Shown one piece after another: positions 26,208-39,564 of a stretch of DNA of 64,000 bases. The translations under genes were made by a program, and so were the position numbers. The DNA comes from Peribolospora baueri (Eukaryota), in NCBI GenBank assembly GCA_029717555.1, contig JAMDHS010000038.1, forward strand, positions 62,001-126,000, given 5' to 3'. Under the pieces are notes generated by a model that ran no database searches, was not told where the DNA came from, and saw nothing but the letters and a program-made list of their open reading frames with translations. Position 1 is the stretch's first letter, and each line of letters starts with the position of its first letter.

Positions 26208-29200
26208 ATGGCACGCGACGACGCGCAAGAGTTCGACATCAAGGTCACTTCCCAGGACCCCAAGGAGAAGGAAGAAGCGGACAAGCAGAAGGGCAAGGAT
26301 GTCAACGGCAGGGCTGAGCCCAACGGCGACGCCGCCGGCAGCAAGGGTGATAAGGACGAGAAGGAGCTGTCTGAGGAGGACCTTCAGCTCAAGAACGAGC
26401 TAGAGATGCTCGTTGACAGATTAAAGGTGGGTGGCGGGCGCAACCTTGCTGGGCCTGAGCTTGGAGGGTTGGTGTTTGTAGGCATACTCAACCTCAGGCG
26501 AGGGAAGCTGCCCGCGGATAGACCTGCGCATCTTTTGGTCATATCTCTTTCTCACTCGTGCTCGTGATTCATTTTCGTCCGCGGCTCGTCTCCACAGGAA
26601 GCGGACAATGCGCTCTACCGACCAGCGCTCGAATCACTCCGCACGCTCATCCGCACGAGCACCTCGTCCATGACCTCTGTTCCGAAGCCCCTCAAGTTCC
26701 TTCGGCCACACTATCCAGAGCTCAAGGAGATTTATGAGAGCTGGCCCGAGTCAGCTGAGAAGGTGAGTGGCGCGTAGTTCGATTGATGCGTGTTGGCCGT
26801 ATCCATGCGAATCTTCCCTAACGAGCCTTTCCTCTCTCCTCGCCATGTGGCGCGGCATAGAGCTTGTTTGCGGAGATTCTTTCCGTTTTGGCCATGACCT
26901 ACTCCGACAGCGGTCAGCGCGAGACTCTCCTCTTCCGTCTCAAGGGTGGCGCGCAAGAGGAGCCCGGTCTTTGGGGCCACGAATACATCAGGTTCGTGCG
27001 AAGCAGCGGATAAGCAGCTCATTTGGGCCTGACCAGACTCTACCCATTTTTGCTGATGTGCTCGACAAACGTTCCGCTTCCCGTCCGATCAGGCATCTCG
27101 CTGCTGAGATCGGCGAAGAGTACGCTGCGCGATTGGAAAAGGAGACGCCAGCGCCCAAGGACGACTTGATGGCGTTAGCCAAGGACATCGTCGTATTTAG
27201 CCTGAAGCACAACGCCGAGGTGGACGCGGTCGACCTGTTGCTTGACATCGAGGCCATCGACGTGCTGCCCCAGTTTGTGGACAAGGACACGTACGCTAGG
27301 GTCTGCCTTTACATGGTCAGGTGAGATACCTGACTTTGCCGACGTTCCGTCCTGCTTCCCAGCGAGCGCTCATCTCCCCCTTCTGGTGTCGGCGGCTTCT
27401 TCACCGTTCTCGTCCTTCGACCGTGCACACAGCTGCATCAACTTTCTCCTCCCCGAAGACGACGTGGCCTTCTTGCGCACGGCGCACGAGATCTATAGGA
27501 AATTCGACCGCTTTCCGGAGGCGCTCACTCTGGCTATCCGACTTGGCGATCCGGAACTCATCCGCGCGGACTTTGAGGCGCCCATCAACCCGTGAGTACC
27601 CTTTTCAAAACTCTCTTGTCGTTCGCAACTAGACGAACCGTCTCCCATATTCACATCGTTATCCTGCTTCATGTCGCGTATTCAGAGTCATGAAGAAGCA
27701 GCTCGCCTTCCAACTGGCTCGATCCCAGGTGCCGATCGAGTGGATTCAGGACGCGGAGCATCCGATTGAGGACTACGAGCTCCTGGACTGCCTCTACAAC
27801 TCGCACCTCTCCGGTCACTTCCATGAGTTCGGAAAGGAGCTCAGTGTTGAAGAGCCCAGGTCTCTTGAGGACACCTACAAGAGCCACTTGGAGAACACTC
27901 GTGAGTACGTTGCTGTGGACGCCCTCCGAAGGCCTTCCATCTTTTTGGCTGGCGCTCACCATACCCTCCCATGGCGAGCAGGAACGCAACTCTCTACGAC
28001 TGTCGACTCGGCGCGAGGCAACCTGGCCTCCACCTTCGTCAACGCGTTCGTCAACGCCGGCTTTGGCAACGACAAGCTCATGGTTGGCGCCGAGGAAGGA
28101 AACAGCTGGATCTACAAAAACAAGGAGCACGGCATGTTGAGCGCCGCCGCCTCACTCGGTCTGAGCTTGCTCTGGGACGTCGATGTGGGGTTGAGCCACA
28201 TTGACAAGTACACCTATTCGAGCGACGAGTACATCAAGGTAAGTGATCACGTCGAACAGCTTCAGTTGTCTCTCGTTTCTCCCACAAGGTACTGACATGT
28301 CCAACGTCTCGGCTACTCCCGTTGAATTCGCAGGCTGGTGCGCTCATGGCGCAGGGCATCTTGCACTCGGGCCTGCGAACAGAGACGGACGCGGCGCTGG
28401 CTCTGCTTTCCGAACATACCGAAAGCAAGAGCGTGCCATTAAAGGTCTCCGCCATTGTTGGGTCAGTTGATGTGGCCCTTTCCTCGTCCAAATCCCTGAC
28501 TTGTAGGTGGTTTGCTTACTTTACCGGCCTTCCATTGTCTCAAACCGCTCTCTCGTCTCGTCAGTATTGGCATCGCGTACGCCGGATCGTGCCGAGAAGA
28601 CATTGCCGCACTCCTGCTGCCTCTCGTCAGCGATGTCACGGTTTCAATGGAGGTGGCGGCGGTTACTTCTTTGATGCTCGGTTTCATCTTCGTGGGATCC
28701 ATGCACGGCGAGATCACCGAGACGATCCTGCAGACGATGATGGAGCGCGCTATGGAGAAGGAGCCTTGTCAGCTCGACGACAAGTGGGCGCGCTTCATGG
28801 GTCTCGGTCTCTCTCTGCTTTACCTCGGCAAGCAGGACAAAAGCGACGCCGTGCTCGAGGCGCTCAAAGCCATCGACCATCCCATTTCCCGGCAAACTAG
28901 CCTGCTCGTCAACATGGTCTCGTTCGCCGGTACGGGCAACGTGCTCAAGGTGCAGGCTATGCTACATGAGTGCACGGAGCACATCGACCCGGAGAAGGAG
29001 AAGGACTTGCATCAGGCTTTTGCCGTCCTCGGCATTGCGCTCGTCACGATGGGCGAGGACGTTGGCGCTGACATGGCCTTGCGGCAGATGAATCACTTGG
29101 TGAGCGCTCGTGCCTTCGTCTCACGACAGAATTATTATGGTCATTCGGAAAGCTGATTGCGTGTCTCTTTCCATTCCTGCGTCTGTCTTTGTGTGACACA

Positions 29201-30199
29201 GATGCATTACGGCGAGCCCATCATCCGCAAATCCGTCCCCCTCGCGCTTGGCCTCGCGAGCGCCTCAAACCCACAACTGACGCTCCTCGACACGTTGTCC
29301 AAATATTCGCACGACAACGACCTTGAAGTGGCGCTCAACGCCATCTTCGCCATGGGCATCGTCGGCGCCGGTACCAACAACGCTCGCTTGGCGCAGATGC
29401 TCAGGCAGCTTGCTGGCTACTACCACAAAGAGCCGGACTGCTTGTTTATGGTTCGGATCGCCCAGGTGGGTCATTCATTTTCCTTCGCTGTTCTGCCGCA
29501 CCCGTATGTGGATGACTGAAAGGCCAAACTCCCCGGATACCATCAACTTGGTTCCTTACTCGATCGCAGGGTCTCGTGCACATGGGCAAGGGCACGATCA
29601 GCATTAACCCCTTCCACACGGACCGTTCCATCATGTCGAGGACGGCGTTGGCTGGGCTGCTTGCCACGTTTGTCGCGTTCACTGACGCGAAGGCTTGTGA
29701 GTTTGCTTTACCGAGCACCGTCACTCGCGCCGTCGGATGAAATAGTGTCTATTATCCTCTGCTGACCGTGAAATCCTGTCTCTTTCGTTCATCTCTCCAG
29801 TCATCCTGGACAAGTCGCACTGGATGCTGTACTTCCTCGTCACCGCCATGTTCCCTCGCTTCCTCATCACCCTCGACGAGGACCTCAAGCCTTTGCCCGT
29901 CACCGTTCGAGTCGGCCAGGTAAGTCGTTCCGCCACACGGTGTTCGCTATAGCCCATCACTCTGACTTTTGCCTTGGTCCCCCTCTGCAATGTCCTAGGC
30001 TGTCGACGTGGTAGGCCAGGCAGGCAAGCCTCGTACCATCTCCGGCTTCCAAACCCACACCACGCCCGTCCGACTAGGCACGACGGAGCGAGCGGAGCTG
30101 GGGACGGATGAGTACATCTCGTACAGTCCGGTGCTGGAGAACTTGGTGATCTTGAGGAAGAACCCGGGGTATGAGAAGGAGGATCGAATGGAGGTTTGA
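26208..30199 (+). CDS. RPN1: 26S proteasome regulatory subunit Rpn1 (PSMD2), multi-exon
   Basis: [131 protein letters not shown]. Confidence 0.98.
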
Positions 30200-30610
30200 A
30201 TTGATGCAGCGGGCGGAGGCGAATGGGAGGGGTGGACAAAAGGGCGACGAGGAGAGGAGGAGGACGAAAGAGAGATGCGTGCCATGTAATGTATTAAGCC
30301 GTGCTTAGCTCGTGAGACTGCTCGCTCGTCGTGCCCACGAGCCGGGCCGGCCGTGGGACGGGAAGTCGCGAGGGCGGTGTGGACCTTCGTCGCGCAGAAG
30401 CAAGTCGAGTGCCGACGACGCGGCCACGTCTACAACGTGTATAGGAAGCAGCAGACCTCGTCGTGTCCACGCCCCGACAGTATTCATTCCATCATCATCC
30501 ATCCATCACCCCGCTGGCTCTTTGTGCCGTCTATCTGGTCTGTCTGTCTTGTCTGACCATCCCTCCCTCCTTCTCCCAGCGAGCCAGCCTGGCTTGTTGG
30601 TTTCTGTTAC

Positions 30611-32321
30611 AATGCCCGCCTAACTCCGACGACTACCCTCTCCCAACATACTCGCTGGTGGCTGTCTCTCGTTGAACCCCATTGGTTTACTCTACGTCTC
30701 ACGGGTCTCGTGTATATATACGGGCCTCTTTCGCCCTGCTCCGAAGAAGGAAACCAGAGATCTCCCTCGCGTTAACACCGGGCACGTAAACGCGAGCTTG
30801 AGTCACAAAGAAAAGAATGAAAGCTCCTCTCGTGTGATTTCCTTGATCGATGCGCCGTAAAATGAAAGCGATTGATGGACGGTCCGCCTTGCTCGTCTCA
30901 CCACGACATCAGTCCTCGATGTCGGGACAGGTACCGGCATATGGGCCATTGAGATGGCGAGTTTCGTTTGTGCTTCAGCTATCTCATCGTACGCGTTCCA
31001 CCACGCGTCCCGCTCTTCACATGCGCTCGCTCACCGCCCGCTCGTGCGCGTCTTCGTTTCCTGGCCAGGCGCTCGAGTTTCCGTTCACAGAGGTGACCGG
31101 CATGGACGTGGTGCCGATTCAGCCTCGTGACGTGCCACCGAACGTCATGTTCGAGATCGACGACCTGAACAAGTCTTGGTTGGTGAGCGTTCCTTCCCTC
31201 GGCCGTTGTGCGACCGTGGCCGTATGGTATGGCATGGTATAGTCTCCCGATTTCCAGATCTCCCCAAGCCGACGATTCGCTTCTTTATTCTGTCCGCAGG
31301 CGAGAGAATACGAACGGTACGACCTCGTACATTCTCGTGCCGTCTCGTGAGTCCACATCGCCGTCCTCTTCTTGCCGCGTCGTCCCAATATCTTCAGCAG
31401 CTGAGAGCGGGTACGACGGCCTGCCCTTCCTGTCTCAAGCGCGGGCGTCAAGGATTGGTCCGCGTATGTTCCCGGTCTCGTCTCCTCCATAGTTCCTGGC
31501 GGCCCTCGAGGGTTGGGAGTTTATCACCGTCCAAGAAGGTGACACTCCGACCCTACTCCGCTGGGCTGAGCTCTTCCGGAGGCTCGCCGAGTCGAAAGGA
31601 GCCACGACGTTGGGCGTGAGTGTCAACGATCATTTGACGCCTGCCCGGCCACAGCGCCGCTCAGAGCGCAACGTCCTCTTCCTCCACCCTTTGACAGGGC
31701 CCGATACTCCTTCCACTGCTACAAGAGCATCCCGACCTGTACGACATGGGATATGAGCTCATCGAGATGGCCATCGGCCCACGCAAGGACGGTGAGTGTG
31801 GGAGTTTTTGCCCGATCAAAGGAGGTACCGATGTCGCCCCCTCGTCGTCTCTGCCTCGGTCGTAGATCCGGTCCTCAACCAGGCGGGAATATGGGGGACT
31901 AAGGACTTTGAGGACCTGATCCCCCTCGTCAGGTGAGTTGAGTGAGCCGGGTTTTTTCCCGTTCTGCCATCGCTCGACGCTGAGATCTCGGCAACTCTAT
32001 CGATCGTCACGTCGCTCTGCACCCTTCCCACCCTCAGACCGCTCCTTGTCGACGATGGCTGCGGCGACGCGTAGTAAGTTCCTCGGGCATTTTTTTCCCT
32101 TTAGTCCAGAACGCGGAGCGCATGGGGTGCACAGCCAAACGCAGCCCCTTCCCCACCTCCCGTCACGCACCTATCTACACCCTACACGCTCCTTGTTCGT
32201 TACCGTACGTACGTACCATGCCAGCATCGCCACCTTTCTCGCGCAAGTGCGAAGGGAGATGTGGGATCGTAACAATAAGTCCCTCACGCTGCTGTACGCT
32301 TGGGTCCGCAAGAAGCACTAG
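30611..32321 (+). pseudogene. Class I SAM-dependent methyltransferase (LaeA/TAM-like), degenerate 5' part and internal frameshift; GC-AG intron 30957-31068; start approximate
   Basis: LDVGTGTGIWAIEM|ALEFPFTEVTGMDVVPIQPRDVPPNVMFEIDDLN; YDLVHSRAVS|AGVKDW...IVPGG; the frame changes at ~31504 before LEGWEF; ends YAWVRKKH*; upstream NSDDYPLPT...SR* is interrupted by a stop. Confidence 0.7.
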
Positions 32322-32446
32322 TCGGCGGCGGCGGTGTGAGGAGCATTCGCTTCGACGCTCTCCCTCCACATCCTAGCGCAGAACCCTTGCCGAACAAACG
32401 GCGTCGTATCCCTCCGCGTCGGTCTTTGCCTGTGTCTCCAGATCCG

Positions 32447-32450
32447 CCCC

Positions 32451-32482
<32 letters not shown>
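32447..32482. repeat. Adjacent poly(C) and poly(T) homopolymers within a T-rich low-complexity intergenic tract
   Basis: A C run is followed directly by a T run of more than 20 nt; further T runs at ~32611-32640 and ~32987-33004. Confidence 0.9.
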
Positions 32483-33246
32483 CCATTTCATCCCAACCCA
32501 CGGTGTTTCTCCTTCCCAAGGGCTTTGATTATGACCTTTTTATTTTTCTCCTCCTTTTTCTTCTTGATCCTTTAGTCGTCGTGCGCTCGTTTCGTCTTCC
32601 TTCTTTCGCCCTTTTTTTTGTTTTTGTTTTTTTTTGTTTTGCTTGTTTTTACGTTGAGAAATCGTCACCAGAAGATTAAGATCTGCTTATGCGCGCCGCG
32701 CCGTTCCTTTTCGATCCTTTCCGCCCGAGCGATCCTTCCTCTCCCGGCACATGCTAGCCCGTTCGTTCGATCCCGCTGTGCTGGTCTGGTCCGGTCCTGG
32801 GCGAGCGGATGGTATGACATGCGCTGAATACTCGTCCAGCGTGCGGGGTGCGGCGTGCTGGCACGGCGAGGGAGGAGGATGGATGGATGGATGGAAGTAG
32901 GAGGTTTCTCCTCGTCCGTTCGTTCGCCTTCGTTCGACCTGACCTGACATGGCCTAACATGATATGGCCTGACTGAATAGTGTTCGTTTTTTTTTTTTTT
33001 TTTTACCATCTGGCGAGAGGAAGTGTGTGTGCGTGCTGCGAACCGGCTTTCCTAGTCCAGTCGAGCCCAGCTCCGCCCAGCCCAGTCCAGTTGAGTCCAG
33101 CCCAGTGACCTAGGAGATCGATTTTCGAAAGAGCGTCTCGTCTTTGCATGGCTGACGATGTATGGGATAGAAAGAAAAATAAAAGTGCTTGCAGCTAGCG
33201 CAAAGGCGACGAATTCGACGACTGGACCGATGTGGATTCCGCGTAA

Positions 33247-35676
33247 CTACAACTTTGAAGCCCTCCCTCCTCCTCCTCCTCCCTCGCCCGCACACCCTGC
33301 CGCGCCCGACTGGACGAGCCTCTTCACCTCCTCTTCGCCCATGCCTACTTCCCGGCGCAGGACCTCATACGTGTGCTCGCCTGGCGTGAGGAACGTAAAA
33401 GCAGGACCAGCGGACGCCGAGGCGGAGGGTAAAGGCCCACCAGGGGTGCGACTCAACGTGGGAGCGACGTGCGGGCTGATCGGCTCTCCGTTCTTCTCCT
33501 CCTCCTCGCCATCACGCCTTTCTAGCACTCTCCCATCCCCGCCGCTCCGCTCCGACGACGACGCACTCCCGACGACGGCGGCGGCGGACCGGGCCCTTTC
33601 ATCCGCCACCGCGCTCTCGTCTCGGTCCAGCACCGGCGCCACACACGCGTCCTTGCCGAGGAAAATTCGCGTCCATTCGGCACGGGTGCGCATGCCAAAG
33701 ACGGCGGTCAAGTAGGAGGCGAGAGCGGGCCAAGTCGAGCGGTCTTTGGAAAGCGGCCGACGGGGGGAAGGCAGTGGCAGACGGGAACGGTGGGGAAGTG
33801 AATATGATATTCTTCAAGGTCGACAGGAACGCCCCGGGAGGCGTCGGGAGCGTTCAATTGGCTCACCCGCTTGAGAGGAAGGAGAAGGGTGTTCCTTGAG
33901 AAGGGGCGGCGGCGTCGGTGTGGCCTCCTTGAGAGTAGCGAGAAGGACGCGGTAGAATTGCGGCTCGAGAGCGCCACTGAGGAGAGGACGCGGAGGAGGC
34001 GTATGATTGATTCCGACAAAAGGCACGGTCAGCTAGTGGAAGGACAAGTTGACATCGACGCCGAGGCGACCTGCCGGCACCCACATGCTCATCCAGCCGC
34101 CGTCGCTAGTCTTGTACACGTCGTAAAACGGCGCGCCGCCATCGAGCAGGTTCTTTCCTCTCCGTTCGTTCGACCCGTCCGAGAAAGGAGGGCCCTCGAC
34201 GAGGCTGTCGAAATAGGAGCCAAGGAGGAGAAAAGTGGAGAGGTATCGCACGCCCGAGACCTGCGACAGAGCAAACGATTTCCAATCGTTGTCGGATGTG
34301 AGAAAGACCACAAGGCAACATGGCGGTGTGAAAACGGATCCGTAAGACTCACCATGTCGGTTTCCACGACTTGGCCTTTGCCGCTCCGCTGCCGTTCAAA
34401 CAAGGCGAGCACGACACCAAGCGTACACATGAGGCCACCGCCGCCAAAATCGGCTGCGTCGCGCAACAGAAAGACCATGCCTTTGATCAGCGTGTCTGAC
34501 AGGCACACTCGATCTGCACGTAGATAATGACGATTTACCCAGAACGTTTGCCGGGAACATGGGCTTTTCGTCCGCTCGACCCAGCAGCTTCAGTCAAAGA
34601 AACAAGAACAACTTGTCAGAAGGGCGACTCTGTTAATGAAACGCAACGTCTCCTGCTCACCGAAAGCACGCCGCTCAAGGCAATGTAGCTTATCAGACAA
34701 ACAAGGGGTGCGTTCAGCTTCCATGTCTCACCGTTGTAGAGAAGGGAGGCATCGCCTCACTTAATGTCATGTCCGGCCATGTTAGCAAAGTCGCCTATGC
34801 ATCGAATGCAAGGCGATCAGCGCAAAAGACTCATTCCGCTCTCATCATCCACCACTTGTGGGACAACAATGCAAGGTGCTCACCTACACGTTGAAACCCT
34901 GTCAGCCGCGCATAGACGAGCCTCGGATTGGAGGACAGCATGTCGTCGGGACCGAGGCCGAGCCGTTCCATAACGCCTGGACGGAATGGATCGATAAGAA
35001 CGTCGGCCTTGGAGACGAGACCTTTGAGCGCTGAGAGGCTTCATGGGAGAGGGCGACAACGCGGGGAGACGCGCAGGGACGTCGGTCATTCCGGCTTGAC
35101 GGAACAAAGGTGACGTTCAAGCATAAACCCACCCCTCCGGCGTCTTCGGATCGAGAGCGACGGACTTCTTCCCTCTGTAGCAAAAAAAGGCGCCAGCACC
35201 ATCCGGCGCGCGTACGTCAGACCTTGGACCTGCTACCTGCTAGCTTCCCTTTCGAGCAAACAGGCACGCAAGGCAACCTGTTTAGAGAATCCGAAAGGCG
35301 CACCTGCACAGCGTATCGCCGTTGAAGGTAGTTCCGACTCTATCTATGCGGATCACTTCCGCGCCAAAGTCGGCCAGCACCATGCCTAGAAGGAACGGGG
35401 AACAGGCGACGCCCACCAGAAGGAGGATAGCGTTTAGTCATAGAAAAGCGGACCTGGAGGTGTGCTCCGGTGCCCATTGCGGATATGTGACGGCCACGCA
35501 CCCACGAATGGTCCTGGAGCAAGACCCGCAAACTGGACATGATCAAAAGAAGGGCGATAGAAGCTACATGTCAGCTCGCGGGAACATCGGTCTATGCGCT
35601 TCCTCTGATTACCGTGCCATCTCACCTCTACCACTTTCGTACCCTCCAGCGGCCGGCGTCGTTCAGTCAAAGTCAT
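33247..35676 (-). CDS. CoA-transferase family III / alpha-methylacyl-CoA racemase (CaiB/BaiF), 12 exons, peroxisomal PTS1 (-SKL)
   Basis: [121 protein letters not shown]-terminus ASKL*. Confidence 0.94.
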
Positions 35677-35928
35677 GTCGACGTAGTCAGGTCAAAGGGG
35701 TGCCTGTTGTGCGTACGAGTGAGGTACAGCCAACCTCGTCAAAACCTGTCAGCCCAAGAAGCTCTTGAACTTGCCAGCCAGCGTCTCTTTACATTCTATC
35801 TCCTCAAGCCCCCGCAGGCCGCCGTCATTATCTCGCCTTTCCGGCTGACCGGCCCGTCGATCATCCGAGGCCGAATGCGGGGTACCGCAGTGCGTCCAAA
35901 CCAAACAGCTCTGTACAGTTTTTCAACG

Positions 35929-35937
35929 TTAGGGTTA
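35929..35937 (+). promoter_or_regulatory. Possible telobox/Tbf1-type element in the RPL25 promoter
   Basis: TTAGGGTTA about 120 nt upstream of the RPL25 ATG; TTAGGG elements occur in ribosomal-protein promoters of several eukaryotes. Single short match. Confidence 0.3.
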
Positions 35938-36053
35938 TGCGCGGTCCGGTGTCACTGGTTCCCACGCCTTCCACAGATCGGCCGTCCTTCTCGAGGTTTG
36001 GTTTCGAGGATTCCACCGTCTGTCACCACTCCGCAAAATCACCGGCTTCAGCA

Positions 36054-36890
36054 ATGGCGCAAGGTGAGCGACAGTCAGACGAATCCAGAAGAAGGGACGG
36101 CTTTTTGGCGAGGGATTGGAAAGCTCTGTTTTGCGGGACAAGTATGTTCAGGATTCTGACCTAGCGCGAACGGCCTTTCGCAACCCCGCTGTCTACAGTT
36201 AAGGAAGGAAAGGCTGCCGGCAAGCCCCAGGTGGCCAAGGCCAAGGCGGCCAAGAAGGCTGCGCTCAAGGGCGTGCACTCGTCTGGCATTCGCAAGACCC
36301 GCACCTCGGTCACTTTCCACCGCCCCAAGACGCTCCGATTGGCGCGCAACCCCAAGTACCCGCGCAAGTCCATCCCGCACGCGCCGCGGATGGACGCTTA
36401 CCGCACCATCGTGCACCCCTTGAACACGGAGAGCGCGATGAAGAAGATTGAGGAGATCAACACCCTCGTCTTCATCGTTGACCTCAAGGCCAACAAGCGC
36501 CAGATCAAGCAGGCCGTCAAGCAGCTCTACGACGTGGACGCTGTCAAGATCAGGACGTTGATCAGGTTAGTGACCGCGTTTCATGTTGGAAGCGGTCATG
36601 TTCATGCGAATGGTGGCGGACTGGTGGAGGGACGGATTTGGAAATCTGTTATCTATCGCGAAATTTCGTTTGCGGAGGTTGTATTGCTGACACCTAATTG
36701 AACGTCACTCAAACAGGCCCGATGGCAAGAAGAAGGCCTTTGTCCGCCTCAGCGCGGACCAGGATGCGCTTGACGTCAGCAACAAGGTGAGCCGCTTGTT
36801 CGTCTTGTTCCCTGCCATTGTGCGTGGATGACAAGGCATGCGTCGTTGACCGTTAACTTCACGTTTCGTTTCCAGATCGGCTTCATCTAA
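36054..36890 (+). CDS. RPL25: 60S ribosomal protein uL23 (L25/L23a); exons 36054-36063, 36199-36565, 36717-36786, 36876-36890
   Basis: [78 protein letters not shown]. Confidence 0.98.
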
Positions 36891-37274
36891 CGTTCTTGTG
36901 CGGCACCTATGGCATTCGTTTTCCACTCGAGGTCTCTTCCGTTGTCCATCCCACCGTGTATGCTATGCCCACTGGCCTTTCATGGCCGCTTTTCTCCATA
37001 TCGTATGAATGGAGGCCCAAAAAGACGCGCGCATATTTGGCTTGCTTCGGTCGAATGAGAAATAATCTCGAGCGGTGGTCCTCGTCTGTCCTGCTGCGGC
37101 AAGGCGATCTGGCGTCCCGACGATTCCCGCACGCGGCTCTGATTCGCACGGCCAACTCCGACGCTCAGAGTCCGCCGTCTTCTCGCCGGCCCATCATTCC
37201 TTTTCGCCGCTGTCGTCGTCGTCCCTACCCTACTCTTTCTTCCTACATCCCTATCTCCCCTTTCGCCTTCCTAC

Positions 37275-39547
37275 ATGGCGTCGCGATACCTCGTCAACAA
37301 CTCCCTCAGGGGTCTCAAGCGGGGTCTCTCGCTCCCGAGGCCGGTGAGTGTCGGTGCGGCTCGGCGAACTTGTACGGTCGAGAGGTACGCGGACGGAGGT
37401 AGAGGCGACGACGGTCGCCGTGTTTCTGCTAAACGTTTGTGCGAGGGATTGGGATGGGCTCAAGGCTGAGACGAGGCGCGAGCGATGGAGGCGAATCCGG
37501 TTGCATGAACCTGGGCGGTTTTTCCTTTAATCGCCCACAGCGTTGCTGATCCGCTAAATATATGCATCATCGTTTGAACTCCTCGCCTCCTCCTTTATCC
37601 ACTCAACGCCTTCCGCAGAGCCTTGCCGCGACCCGACCGCTCGCGACGGCCGTCAACGTCTCGTCGCCCCGCACGCAGGTTACCACTCTCAGCAATGGCC
37701 TCACTGTTGCCACGGAGGTGAGCATCGCGACTTATCAGGCCGTCTATCATTTCTTTCTCTTGGGATATAGGCTTATAATTCTCCCTCTTCTCTGTTCTCT
37801 CTGATTTTCTCGTGTTTGACTCGCTATTACCGCGCCACCTCGTTTGGTCTCCCTTCAGAGCCACCCCCACGCTCAGACGGCCACCGTTGGCTGCTGGATT
37901 GATGCCGGAAGCCGAGCCGAGACGGATGCGACGAACGGTACGGCGCATTTCCTCGAGCACATGGCCTTCAAGGGTGAGTGATAGTTTCGTTCCAAGGCGG
38001 AGTTGATGGGATATCCTCTCCATGGGATCGTGTGTGAGGGTATTCACTCGTTCTCAACCTGTTCACTTCACCCATTCACCTCCGCTTCAAGGCACCGGCA
38101 AGCGCTCCCAGCACGGTCTCGAGCTTGAGGTGGAGAACATGGGTGCACACCTAAACGCGTACACCTCTCGCGAGCAAACGGTCTACTACGCCAAGGCGTT
38201 CCGAAAGGACGTCGGCGCGGCCGTGGACATCATCTCCGACATCCTTCAGAACTCCAAGCTGGAGAACGCGGCCATCGAGAGGGAGCGTGACGTAATTTTG
38301 CGCGAGCAGGAGGAGGTGGATAAGCAGCTTGAGGAGGTCGTTTTCGATCACTTGCACGCCGTCGCCTTCCAAGGTGCGTGGACGGGCAGGCAAGAGCTAG
38401 CGGCAGCGTGGCCCGCCTTGCCGGTGGTTTCTGCCGTCGTTCCTGACTCGTATGTTCTTCTTTGTATCTGTTTATGCCCCGCAGGTCAGCCCCTCGGCCG
38501 AACCATCCTCGGCCCTAAGCAGAACATCCTCTCGATCAAGCGCGAAGACTTGGCATCGTACATTCAGACCAACTACACCGCCGATCGCATGGTGCTCGTT
38601 GGCGCCGGTGGCGTCGAGCACGACGCTTTGGTCAAGCTGGCCGAGCAGCACTTTAGCAAGTTGCCCGTGTCGTCTAACCCTATTCCGCTCGGCAAGGCTT
38701 CGCACCCTCAGACCGAGTTTGTGGGCTCGGAGGTGCGTATCCGTGACGACACCATGAACACTTGCAACATCGCCATCGCCGTCGAGGGCGTGAGCTGGCG
38801 CTCGCCGGACTACTTCCCCATGCTCGTCATGCAGTCCATCTTCGGCAACTGGGACCGCTCGTTGGGCAGCTCCCCGCTGCTGTCGTCGCGCCTGAGCCAC
38901 ATCATCTCGGAGAACAACCTGGCCAACTCGTACATGTCCTTCTCCACCTCGTACTCCGACACGGGTCTCTGGGGTATCTACCTCGTTAGCGAGAACCTGA
39001 TGAACCTGGACGACCTGGTGCACTTCACCCTCAAGGAGTGGCAGCGGATGAGCATGGCGCCCAGGGAGGGCGAGGTGGAGCGCGCCAAGAGCCAGCTGAA
39101 GGCGAGCCTGCTCCTGGGCCTCGATGGAACGACGGCCATTGCCGAAGACGTCGGACGCCAGCTCGTCACCTCTGGCAAGCGTTACACGCCAAAGGAGATC
39201 GAGAGCGCCATCGACAAGGTAGACACCGCTGAGATTCAGAGGGTCGCACAGAAGTACCTCTGGGACAAGGATGTGAGTCACGTAATTGGCGGGTCCTCCT
39301 TTTCTCGACTTGCTAACCTCGGTTGTCGTCTTCCTTTTGCACAGGTCGCTATTAGCATGCTGGGCCGCACGGAGGGTGAGCGATCGGTATCGCCTGAGGG
39401 CTATTTCGGAGACGTCCATTCCTTTTTACCAGTCTCGCTGATAACGTGGAACCCGTCTTCATTTCCTCTCCCTCGCATCCAACGCACACACTAGGCGTGC
39501 TCGACTACAACCGCATCCGCGCCGACATGTCTTCTATGGTCTACTAA
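37275..39547 (+). CDS. MAS1: Mitochondrial processing peptidase beta subunit (M16; possibly also complex III core 1), multi-exon
   Basis: Arg-rich presequence; [21 protein letters not shown]; inverted Zn motif HFLEH ([14 protein letters not shown]); [40 protein letters not shown]. Confidence 0.96.
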
Positions 39548-39564
39548 GAAAATCTCTTGGACGT

